From a virus, in IMG/VR virus record IMGVR_UViG_3300017727_001923, positions 97,406 through 149,135 of that record: a stretch of 51,730 nucleotides of DNA; one strand, 5' to 3'. A model generated the notes under the pieces. That model saw only the letters and a list, made by a program, of their open reading frames with translations, was not told the DNA's origin and did no database searches. Positions 20,048-28,822 of this stretch are shown here, piece after piece (within the stretch, counting starts at the first letter, position 1; each line of letters opens with the position of its first letter). The position numbers and the translations under genes were made by a program.

Positions 20048-21552
20048 TGGCTACCGCAAAACCGACAATTACAACGATTAATGATACGTTCACTACGTTG
20101 GTTACTAATACCAACACTGTCTCATTAGACTTAGGTGCAACTGGTCGATTAAACACGAATCAGGACTCTAGTGCCGTTGCAGCTATTAATGAACTGGAAC
20201 TAGGTATTCGTGGTACTTCGAATGACTTAGTTGCAACTGATTTATCACAAGCAGGAATTACTGCAAATAACGTTGTGTCTGCACTAGTAGAACACGATGT
20301 AGATATGCATGGTTCTGGAGGTGGTAATGCCGCTTCTGATTTAACAACAAATGCAAATGATATTGTATCTGGTGTTAATGAACTAGAAGTTGCTATTCGT
20401 GGAACTGATAATGGACTAGTCGCTAATATCCTATCAACCACTGCAACTAACTTAGTTACTGGTATTGGTGAACTTGACTCTGATATTGGTGCAAGACCAC
20501 ACACAAATCTTACAACTGGTGCAAAGAATCTTACTGCTGCTATCAACGAACTTGAAGCAGACATATTTAACGCAGAGGGTGGAACTAAAAGAACTCTTGC
20601 GTCCCTTGGTACAACCGATAAAACTGGTATCGTTGATGCAATCAATGAACTAGAAACTGCAATCCGTGGTACTACAGCAAATTACACTATTAGTACTACT
20701 AGTAACGATTTAGTAGGTGCGGTAAACGAACTTGATACATTGCAAGGTAATGTTTCAATGGGAACAAGTGCATCTACTGTTACAGGTGCAATTAAAGAAC
20801 ATGATGATGAGTTAGGTACAATTACTGCTCTTGCAATGGGTACAACTGCATCTACAGTATCTACTGCGATTGCAGAACTAGAAGTAGAGATTGATACACT
20901 TAATACAAAAGTCGAACCCGCCCAAGCATTAACAACTACTGCAACTACATTATCAGATGCAGTAAATGAACTTGATGCACTACAGGGTGACAGTGCAATG
21001 GGTACAACTGCAACTACCGTTACAGGTGCGATTGCAGAACTAGAAACAGAGATTGACACACTCAATACCTTTGTTGAACCTACACAATCATTGACTACTA
21101 CTGCAACAACTGTTGCGGATGCAATCAACGAACACGATGCAGAGATTGGTGCTGCCTCTCTCAACACATCTGCTACCACATTACGTGGTGCAATCAATGA
21201 ACTACATACAGAGGTTGGTGCTGCAATTGGGGCAACTCATAACACAACCACTGGTAATATTGGTTCATCATTAAACTTACTAGATAGTGCAGTTGGTAAC
21301 CTTGATGGTTTAAATGCTACCGATGTTCCTGCTGCGGGTCATAATAACTTAGTATCCGCTATCAACGAAGTTGCTGCAAGAGTAACTGGACTTGATGCTT
21401 CTGGTGCTGAGGTTGATTCTAGAATCGGGTCGTTATCAAATCTACACGCTGCTTTCACAGGAACAGAAGATGACAGTATAGTGAATGCTATTAATGCATT
21501 AAGGGGTGATATTCCACTTATATTCGATGAGAATGGAACACAACTTAATTAA
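20047..21552 (+). CDS. Segmented coiled-coil fibre (fibritin/whisker-like by position and architecture)
   Basis: About 15 repeats of L/M-x-T-T-A-T/S-x-L/V-x-x-A-I-N-E-L; lies between the baseplate genes and gp13, like wac. Confidence 0.6.
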   Translation: MATAKPTITTINDTFTTLVTNTNTVSLDLGATGRLNTNQDSSAVAAINELELGIRGTSNDLVATDLSQAGITANNVVSALVEHDVDMHGSGGGNAASDLTTNANDIVSGVNELEVAIRGTDNGLVANILSTTATNLVTGIGELDSDIGARPHTNLTTGAKNLTAAINELEADIFNAEGGTKRTLASLGTTDKTGIVDAINELETAIRGTTANYTISTTSNDLVGAVNELDTLQGNVSMGTSASTVTGAIKEHDDELGTITALAMGTTASTVSTAIAELEVEIDTLNTKVEPAQALTTTATTLSDAVNELDALQGDSAMGTTATTVTGAIAELETEIDTLNTFVEPTQSLTTTATTVADAINEHDAEIGAASLNTSATTLRGAINELHTEVGAAIGATHNTTTGNIGSSLNLLDSAVGNLDGLNATDVPAAGHNNLVSAINEVAARVTGLDASGAEVDSRIGSLSNLHAAFTGTEDDSIVNAINALRGDIPLIFDENGTQLN

Positions 21553-21569
21553 TTGGAGAAAGTGCGAAC

Positions 21570-24182
21570 ATGACTGTTCCATTAAAGTTAAAAGACAGTG
21601 CTGCACCCACTGAGTTGCAAGTATTCTCTTCTGCGGAGGAGAACTACTTAGCATATCTAGCGGGTCAACATATGGCGGGGTATGCCAATGGTACGCCTGG
21701 CACTTTAAGCACTACCAACACAGGAAACCTTGTTGGAACATTAACTGATACATCATTTGATTCTGCTGTAGGAACTGGTGGTGGCGGGTCTCTATTAACA
21801 ATTGGTACAACCACAACTTCCCTTTATCAAGCAGCGGGAAGTATTTCTGACGCAACAATAAGAAGTTCTAATAATTTCCGTCTTCCTGTAATGCAGAGAG
21901 ACAGTGATGGTCAAAGAGTTATCCGTGAAATGGATGACTCAGATATGGATTCTTTAATAACCAGAATTAGAAGTCGTGTTTTTACATCTGACTATCCAAG
22001 TACATATAGACTAGGGTCTTCAACTCCGACAGGAAGTTGGGGTGCTGTTATATCAAATTTAGCGACAGATACTAGAACTGATGGAACTTCTATAGGTTAT
22101 AATATTTACAGAAAAACTAATGATACTTCACCCACTAAGGTATTACCGTTTTCTATAAAACGTGCTAGTGGGTCTACAGGAACGTATCAAGGTCTTCAGT
22201 TGATGACCGATGACCAAGTTAGACAGACCTTTGCAGATTATCTTAGAAATAAAATTGCCTCAGAAGTATCATCTAATGGAATTGGTTCTTATAAAATATA
22301 TCCTTCTGGTACAACACCAACGGGTCAAGGTTTGCCTGGCACATGGGCTGCAAAAGGAACTGCTACAGATACTAGACAGGTTGTTAGTGACGTAAACTAT
22401 ACAAGGGCAAGGTCATCAACCTATTCAAAACTTAGAACGTCAACATATAGTGCTGATTATTCAAGAAATCGTTCGTCTACTTTTTTAAGTCACAGTGACG
22501 CTACTAGGACAAGTAGTTACACAACAACTCGTACTACCGATAGAACAGACCACTATGCCGCATCTGGTTTTCTAGGTAACTATACTGGTGACTTTACTGG
22601 TAATACAGAAAGAGTCTATTCAAGAAATAGAAGTAGTGCTTTAAACTACCAAGGTAATTATACTCAAAACTTTACTGCTGCTTATTCTAGATTAAGCGTA
22701 TTCACAGGAAACTATGCGGATGCCGAAGGTAATAATTTTATACGACAAAGTAATGTAGTTAATAATTATACTGGTAATTATGCTAATGCTTTTGCTGGAA
22801 ACTATGGTAGAATAAACGTATACTCTGGTAATTATACTGGTGAATACACAAGAAATAGTACAAGAGATAGTCAATCAATTGATGATGCCAACTACGCCAG
22901 AGACTTTACAGGTAACTATGCCAGAAACTTTGATAGAAGTAGAGAATCTAACTATACTAGAAATAGTACTGATGCAGTCTTGACAAACTTCCAGAGAACA
23001 TCTACCAGAGATTCTAACAGAGATTCAAATAGAACTATAACTGGTGACTTTACTGGTGACTTTACTGGTGACTACACAAGAAATTATACTGGTGATTTCC
23101 AAAGAACTTCTATTCAAACGACAAATTATACTGCCGTTTACCAAAGAGGTAGACATAAGCAAGGTAATGTTCAATACTATACTGGTGATTTCATAGGACA
23201 AAGATATTATACTAGACAAAGACAAAACTATGCATATGGTTGGACTGGTTATTATTATTCAAGGTCTAATTCTACTACGGATGATTACTGGAGAGTAATC
23301 TATGGTGGGCCGAGTCATGTTAATGGTGACCAATATGGTATTTCTGTTTTTGCTAAAATATATGCCTCCAGTGCGGATAATACAGGGTCAAGCCAGCAAC
23401 TTGGGATGACTAATGCAGCTACTACTGGGTTAGATGACCCATCAAGTGTGTTACCTTTTAGTCAATATCTAACAATAACTTCATACAATTATACTACTGG
23501 AATACCTAGCTATGAAGATTTTGTTGGAGGTACATGGGCAAATTTCATTACTAAAATGAAACTAGTAACGGGTATGATAATTGGTAATTATGAATATGAG
23601 AAGGGTAGTTTTCAGGGTCGATATCATAGTAATTTATATAATGATTACCCCGATGCTGATTTTCCATATTGGGATTTTTACTCTGTAAGACGTAGGTCTG
23701 CGGCATACTTTACTGGTAACTTTGCAGCATCATTTATTGGTGAATATCAAAATACCTTTGCACGTGCATTCACAAGAAACAGTACTGCAAACTCAACGAC
23801 TGAGTATGCGGGTGATTATGCGGGAGATTTTGCGGGAAATTTCTTGGGTGATTATGTTGGTGACTTTACTGGTGATTACACAAGATTTTTCAGTGGTCAA
23901 TATTCTAGAAACTATGTTAGTACAAGAAGTTCTAATTTTAGTGGAGGAGACTCATATTCTCGAACCTTTACTGGTAATTTCATAGGAAACTTTACTAGAA
24001 CATTTACTGCTAATTATATTGGTAATTATACTAGAAACTATGCGGGTCAATATACAGGTAATTATTTAAGAAACTTTCAAGGAAACTTTGCTCGAACCTT
24101 TACTGGTAACTATGCGGGTCAAACCATAGGTAGTGGTAATCAAAATATTGAGACTTATACTCTCTACGTAAGAACAGCATAA
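21570..24182 (+). CDS. Tetrapeptide-repeat fibre protein A (870 aa) with central non-repeat domain
   Basis: About 270-aa N-domain paralogous to the next gene; [YF]x[GR][ND] repeats flank a ~160-aa aromatic-rich insert; C-terminus TYTLYVRTA. Confidence 0.75.
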   Translation: MTVPLKLKDSAAPTELQVFSSAEENYLAYLAGQHMAGYANGTPGTLSTTNTGNLVGTLTDTSFDSAVGTGGGGSLLTIGTTTTSLYQAAGSISDATIRSSNNFRLPVMQRDSDGQRVIREMDDSDMDSLITRIRSRVFTSDYPSTYRLGSSTPTGSWGAVISNLATDTRTDGTSIGYNIYRKTNDTSPTKVLPFSIKRASGSTGTYQGLQLMTDDQVRQTFADYLRNKIASEVSSNGIGSYKIYPSGTTPTGQGLPGTWAAKGTATDTRQVVSDVNYTRARSSTYSKLRTSTYSADYSRNRSSTFLSHSDATRTSSYTTTRTTDRTDHYAASGFLGNYTGDFTGNTERVYSRNRSSALNYQGNYTQNFTAAYSRLSVFTGNYADAEGNNFIRQSNVVNNYTGNYANAFAGNYGRINVYSGNYTGEYTRNSTRDSQSIDDANYARDFTGNYARNFDRSRESNYTRNSTDAVLTNFQRTSTRDSNRDSNRTITGDFTGDFTGDYTRNYTGDFQRTSIQTTNYTAVYQRGRHKQGNVQYYTGDFIGQRYYTRQRQNYAYGWTGYYYSRSNSTTDDYWRVIYGGPSHVNGDQYGISVFAKIYASSADNTGSSQQLGMTNAATTGLDDPSSVLPFSQYLTITSYNYTTGIPSYEDFVGGTWANFITKMKLVTGMIIGNYEYEKGSFQGRYHSNLYNDYPDADFPYWDFYSVRRRSAAYFTGNFAASFIGEYQNTFARAFTRNSTANSTTEYAGDYAGDFAGNFLGDYVGDFTGDYTRFFSGQYSRNYVSTRSSNFSGGDSYSRTFTGNFIGNFTRTFTANYIGNYTRNYAGQYTGNYLRNFQGNFARTFTGNYAGQTIGSGNQNIETYTLYVRTA

Positions 24183-24192
24183 ATAGGTTGAT

Positions 24193-27100
24193 ATGGGAAC
24201 TACCACACTAAAACTTGAAGGTACAAATGGTGACCTCAAGGAAATAACAACCACAGAGGAGAATTACCTTGCGTATCAAGCAGGGTTGCATCTTTCTGCG
24301 TTGGATTCTAGTGCAGTAGGAACACTTACCGCATCCTCAACTAATAACGCTTTAATCGGAACATATACCGATACTACTTTTGACGATGCAGTTGGAACAC
24401 ACGGATTTGCTAGTGGTAATGTTCCAGTAATACAAACAACAACATCATTATATCAAAGAGAAGGTATCACTAACTTTGCGGGTGACTCCGATGCATTTAG
24501 ATATCCTATTGAGTTTAATGATAATAGTGGAACAAGTGAGATTCATGAACTTGATTCCTCAGAAGTAGATACACTCACAGACCGTTTAACAAGTCGTATT
24601 GCAACATCTGAATATCCAGGCACATACCGATTAGGTTCGTCTTCGCCAGGCGGAACATACTCAACATATAAAGCTGGAGTATTCTCTGATAGATTACAAA
24701 CAGGTTCTTCAGGAACAGTATATAACCTTTATGTGAAGTCTAGTATGTCTTCACCGACTGTAGTAAGACCTGTCTCAATTAAACGTGCATCTGGATTGAC
24801 TGGTTCTTTCCAAGGTCTGAAAGAAATGACCGATGCAGAAATTAAATATAGTTTTGGGTCAAGAGTACAATCTAGAATATCAAGTGGTTCTAATGGAGTT
24901 GGAACATATCAATTAAGAAGTAATGTTCAAGGCGCTCCAACAGATACAGGAACTTGGGCGACTCGTGGTACTGCAACGGATACTCGTTTTAACCTAGTAA
25001 ACACTGATTATAGTGCAAACTATCAAAGGGTTAGTACAACAGATTCTACTAGAAACCGTACCGCAGATTTCTCTAGAAGTGTTGATTACGTAGGTAATTA
25101 CTCAAGGAATTTCACAGGTAATTTTCTAGGTGAATATACTGGAGACTTTACAGGTAACTTTGTTGGAGACTTTGTTGGGGATTATTCCAGAAGTTTTATT
25201 GGAGATTACGTAGGTAATTACTCCAGAGACTTTGAAGGTAACTATACTGGTGATTACTCTAGAAACTTCCTTGGTAATTATATCGGAAACTATGCTCGTG
25301 CATATTCTGCTGTATATTCAAGAACAAGAGTCACTACATTTACTGGTGATTTCACTGGTAACTATGTCGGAAACTATTCAAGAAACTATAGTGCTGCATA
25401 TACTAGAAACAGTACTGCGGAATTCATAGGAGATTTCACTGGTAATTATACAGGTAATTATACAAGAAATTATTCTGCAAACTATCAGAGAACACGTGTT
25501 ACTAATTTCCTTGGAGATTTTACTGGTGACTATACAGGAAACTACGCAAGAAACTTTGAAGCAGATTATACCAGAGATAGAGTCACAACATTTACAGGTA
25601 ATTTTTTAGGAGATTACACAGGAAACTACGCTAGAAACTTTGAAGCAGATTATCAGAGAACACGTGTTACTAACTCAGCGGGAACATACACTGGTAACTT
25701 TGAAGGAAACTATACAGGTAACTATGCCAGAAACTTTAGTGCTGATTATCAAAGAACTCGTTCAACTGATTACACACAAGTTTTTACTGGTAACTTTGAA
25801 GGAAACTATACTGGTAACTATGCTCGTAACTACACTGGAAACTACGCTAGAAACTTTAGTGCTGATTATCAAAGAACACGTATTACTGATTACGTAGGAG
25901 ATTATGCAGGCGACTATACAGGAAATTTCTTAGGTGATTATACAGGTAACTATGCACGTAATTATAGTGCGAACTATCAAAGAACTCGTGTTACTACATA
26001 CACTGGAGATTTTGCGGGAGACTATGCGGGTGACTTCGTAGGTAACTATGCTAGAAACTTCCTTGGTAACTATGCTAGAAATTATCATGGTGACTTTGAG
26101 GGTAACTACACAGGAAACTATGCTCGTAATTATCTTGGTAACTATGCTCGTAACTACACAGGTAACTTCGTAGGTGACTATTCAAGAACTCGTGCTACTG
26201 CATACGCAAGAACACGTGCTACTGCATATTCAAGAACTCGTGCTACTAACTATGCGGGTGGTGGTAAAGGTGGTAACGCTTATAACTACACTGGTAACTT
26301 TGTAGGTAACTACACTGGTAACTTCGCTGGTAACTACACAGGTAACTTTGTAGGTAACTACGGAAGAACTCGTGCTACTAACTATGCAAGAGCGTTTACT
26401 GCAAACTATGCCAGAAACTTTAGTGCCGCATATACCAGAGACCGTAATACAAACTATGCTAGAAACTTTACTGCAAACTATGCTAGAAACTATACAAGAA
26501 CATCTACCAGAGATTCTAATAGAACTCGTATTACTGATTACGTAGGTAATTTCTTAGGTGACTATACTGGTAACTATGCTAGAAACTTTAGTGCTGATTA
26601 TCAAAGAACATCTACCAGAGATTCTAATAGAACTCGTATCACTACATACACGGGTGACTTCTTAGGTAATTACACTGGTAACTATGCAAGAAATTATAGT
26701 GCAGACTACGCTAGAAACTTTAGTGCAGACTATGCTAGAACACGTGTAACAGATTACACAGGTAACTTTGTCGGTGATTTCTTAGGAGATTACACTGGTA
26801 ACTATGCAAGAAACTATCAGGCAGACTATGCTAGAACTCGTGTAACAGATTACGTTGGTGATTATGTTGGTGACTTCTTAGGTAATTACGTTGGTAACTA
26901 TGCAAGAAACTATAGTGCTGATTACCAGAGAACTCGTGTAACTGATTATGCGGGGAACTTTGTAGGTAATTACACTGGTAACTATGCTAGAAACTATCAA
27001 GCAGACTATACTAGAAATAGTACAGATACTTTTGTAGGTGATTTCTTAGGAGATTACACTGGTAACTATGCTAGAGAATTTACTGCGGATTATTTAAGAA

Positions 27101-27600
27101 ATAGTACTGCAACATTCTTGGGTGATTTTACGGGTGATTATACAGGAGACTATGCAAGAGCATTTAGTGCAGACTATACAAGAAATAGTGTTGCTGATTT
27201 TGCGGGTAATTTCTTAGGTGAATATACAGGAAACTATAATAGAAGTTTTACTGCTGATTACCAAAGAACTAGGGTGTCTACTTATAGTGCCGCCTATAGT
27301 AGAACAAGAACATCTCTATATAGTGCAAACTATCAGAGAACAAGAAGTTCTGCATACACAAGGAATTCTACAGTAGATTCTACAAGAAACTCAACTGCGG
27401 TATTTACTAGAACTTGTGTTGTTGTACGTTCAAGTGCATACAGTAGAACTAGAACAAGTGTGACAACATTTACTGGTGATTATACTGGTAACTTTGTTGC
27501 AGAATTTACAGGTGACTATGTGGGTAACTATGTCGGAACAACTATTGACTCAGGAAGTTCAGTAATTAAGACATACACTCTTTATCAGAGAACCGCATAA
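24193..27600 (+). CDS. Tetrapeptide-repeat fibre protein B (1135 aa), mirror-symmetric repeat region
   Basis: Shares EENYLAY.AG.H, TDT.FD.AVGT, YP.TYRLGSS.P, SIKRASG.TG..QGL..MTD, GTWA..GTATDTR and C-terminal TYTLYxRTA with protein A. Confidence 0.8.
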   Translation: MGTTTLKLEGTNGDLKEITTTEENYLAYQAGLHLSALDSSAVGTLTASSTNNALIGTYTDTTFDDAVGTHGFASGNVPVIQTTTSLYQREGITNFAGDSDAFRYPIEFNDNSGTSEIHELDSSEVDTLTDRLTSRIATSEYPGTYRLGSSSPGGTYSTYKAGVFSDRLQTGSSGTVYNLYVKSSMSSPTVVRPVSIKRASGLTGSFQGLKEMTDAEIKYSFGSRVQSRISSGSNGVGTYQLRSNVQGAPTDTGTWATRGTATDTRFNLVNTDYSANYQRVSTTDSTRNRTADFSRSVDYVGNYSRNFTGNFLGEYTGDFTGNFVGDFVGDYSRSFIGDYVGNYSRDFEGNYTGDYSRNFLGNYIGNYARAYSAVYSRTRVTTFTGDFTGNYVGNYSRNYSAAYTRNSTAEFIGDFTGNYTGNYTRNYSANYQRTRVTNFLGDFTGDYTGNYARNFEADYTRDRVTTFTGNFLGDYTGNYARNFEADYQRTRVTNSAGTYTGNFEGNYTGNYARNFSADYQRTRSTDYTQVFTGNFEGNYTGNYARNYTGNYARNFSADYQRTRITDYVGDYAGDYTGNFLGDYTGNYARNYSANYQRTRVTTYTGDFAGDYAGDFVGNYARNFLGNYARNYHGDFEGNYTGNYARNYLGNYARNYTGNFVGDYSRTRATAYARTRATAYSRTRATNYAGGGKGGNAYNYTGNFVGNYTGNFAGNYTGNFVGNYGRTRATNYARAFTANYARNFSAAYTRDRNTNYARNFTANYARNYTRTSTRDSNRTRITDYVGNFLGDYTGNYARNFSADYQRTSTRDSNRTRITTYTGDFLGNYTGNYARNYSADYARNFSADYARTRVTDYTGNFVGDFLGDYTGNYARNYQADYARTRVTDYVGDYVGDFLGNYVGNYARNYSADYQRTRVTDYAGNFVGNYTGNYARNYQADYTRNSTDTFVGDFLGDYTGNYAREFTADYLRNSTATFLGDFTGDYTGDYARAFSADYTRNSVADFAGNFLGEYTGNYNRSFTADYQRTRVSTYSAAYSRTRTSLYSANYQRTRSSAYTRNSTVDSTRNSTAVFTRTCVVVRSSAYSRTRTSVTTFTGDYTGNFVAEFTGDYVGNYVGTTIDSGSSVIKTYTLYQRTA
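24997..27540 (+). repeat. Coding 12-nt-period repeat array (208 units, nearly all tetrapeptides) around a Gly-rich turn at 26251-26286
   Basis: Recurrent tacactggtaac, tatgctagaaac, tttagtgctgat and tatcaaagaact units, all in frame. Confidence 0.9.
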
Positions 27601-27639
27601 TAAACTTATATATAAACGTGAAGTGTTAGGAGATTAAAC

Positions 27640-28092
27640 ATGGCAAGAGTATGGTTAGATAATGCATTCTGGGAAACCCCCAAAAAACAAATGTTGAATG
27701 CAATCAGCGAAGAAAGTGTTGATAATAAAGAGATTCGTCAAGTTCATAAACTGAACAGACACAATAATAATGGAACTGAGAACGCTCTATTCTTAGAGGC
27801 AGTCGCTTACATTACAGAAGAAAAGATTGATGCTGCAAGTAAGAAACGTCTTGAAAAGAAACAAGCAGAAGCAGAACTTGAGAAACAAAAACAATTAGAA
27901 CATGAACGTGCAAAGAAGTTAGAAAAACTTTTTGAATATAAACTAGAGACTTTTGAGATTGCTGAAATCAAAGATTCTAAAAACAGACTATTAAAATCAA
28001 AGTTAAGACGTTCTAGGTCTATCCCAGAAGTAAACTTATATGCTATGATGATTGTGAAGGAATCTATAGAGAATGAAATCGACTCAAAGTAA
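27640..28092 (+). CDS. Hypothetical protein with central coiled coil (possible chaperone)
   Basis: AGGAG RBS; charged helical segment KKRLEKKQAEAELEKQKQLEHERAKKLEK. Confidence 0.65.
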   Translation: MARVWLDNAFWETPKKQMLNAISEESVDNKEIRQVHKLNRHNNNGTENALFLEAVAYITEEKIDAASKKRLEKKQAEAELEKQKQLEHERAKKLEKLFEYKLETFEIAEIKDSKNRLLKSKLRRSRSIPEVNLYAMMIVKESIENEIDSK

Positions 28093-28822
28093 AGGATTTG
28101 TAATTGTAGCGTCTAAGAATCACAACTTCTATATTTACGCTTGCAATTTAATGGAATCAATCAAAGACTTCTATCCAGAAGCACTCATTACTCTGGTTAC
28201 CGAAGAAAGATTCTTGGATGACCGTGCAGATGAAGCTGACCAAATAATCTTTTGTACCGACCACTATCGTGCAAAACTATGGGGTATGGCACAAACTCCG
28301 TATGATATTACCATGTATGTTGATGCAGACATGGACTGTGAACACGAAGATATAATAACTGTATGGGATGAGATGCAAGATTATGATATGGTCTTCCATG
28401 AACTTACCAAAGAACGTGAAAAGTTTTATGCAATTCGTGAATTTAAATATGAAGATAAAAGGGAGAAGTTCCGTCTATGCGGAGGAGTTTGTCTCTATAG
28501 AAGTGAGAATCCATTAGTCCGTGAATTTATGGATGATTGGTTTGAAATGTATAATCTCCAACACACTAATGAGTGGCAACCAAAAGGGTTTGACCACGAC
28601 CAATTTCAAAAGGATTTAAAACACTTTGACCAAACAACTCTCTGGTACATGACAGAGAAGATGGAAAAATATAAAGATTTAAAAATAGGAATCTTCTCAG
28701 ATGATATTAGATGGAATTATTTCACTCAATATGCATATGAAGGATTGAAATCAATAGAAGGAAAACCACCTATATTAAGACATTACTCAGGGTCTTTGAA
28801 GAAGGATAAACTTATAGTATGA
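28073..28822 (+). CDS. GT-A fold glycosyltransferase (GT8-like nucleotide-diphospho-sugar transferase)
   Basis: KGFVIVAS, SIKDFYP, RAKL....TPYDITMYVDAD (DxD), GGVCLY, DQTTL, RWNY, ILRHY. Confidence 0.8.
   Translation: MKSTQSKGFVIVASKNHNFYIYACNLMESIKDFYPEALITLVTEERFLDDRADEADQIIFCTDHYRAKLWGMAQTPYDITMYVDADMDCEHEDIITVWDEMQDYDMVFHELTKEREKFYAIREFKYEDKREKFRLCGGVCLYRSENPLVREFMDDWFEMYNLQHTNEWQPKGFDHDQFQKDLKHFDQTTLWYMTEKMEKYKDLKIGIFSDDIRWNYFTQYAYEGLKSIEGKPPILRHYSGSLKKDKLIV

Noticed and set aside
26179-26358. DNA inverted repeat as the cause of the protein mirror symmetry
   Set aside because: The reverse complement of the right arm near the turn (gttacctacaaagttaccagtgta) does not match the left arm (tattcaagaactcgtgctactaac); only short coincidences such as ggtaac/gttact occur. 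An einverted run would settle it
24997-27540. CRISPR array or DGR template/variable repeats
   Set aside because: Repeats are in-frame 12-nt coding units with synonymous variation; there are no unique spacers, cas genes, reverse transcriptase, or adenine-specific TR/VR pair in the window
21570-27600. Ice-nucleation protein or multi-core RiPP precursor
   Set aside because: No AGYGSTxT 16-mer repeat; no leader/protease-site pattern, peptidase or transporter nearby; location among virion genes and long-range mirror register fit a structural fibre better
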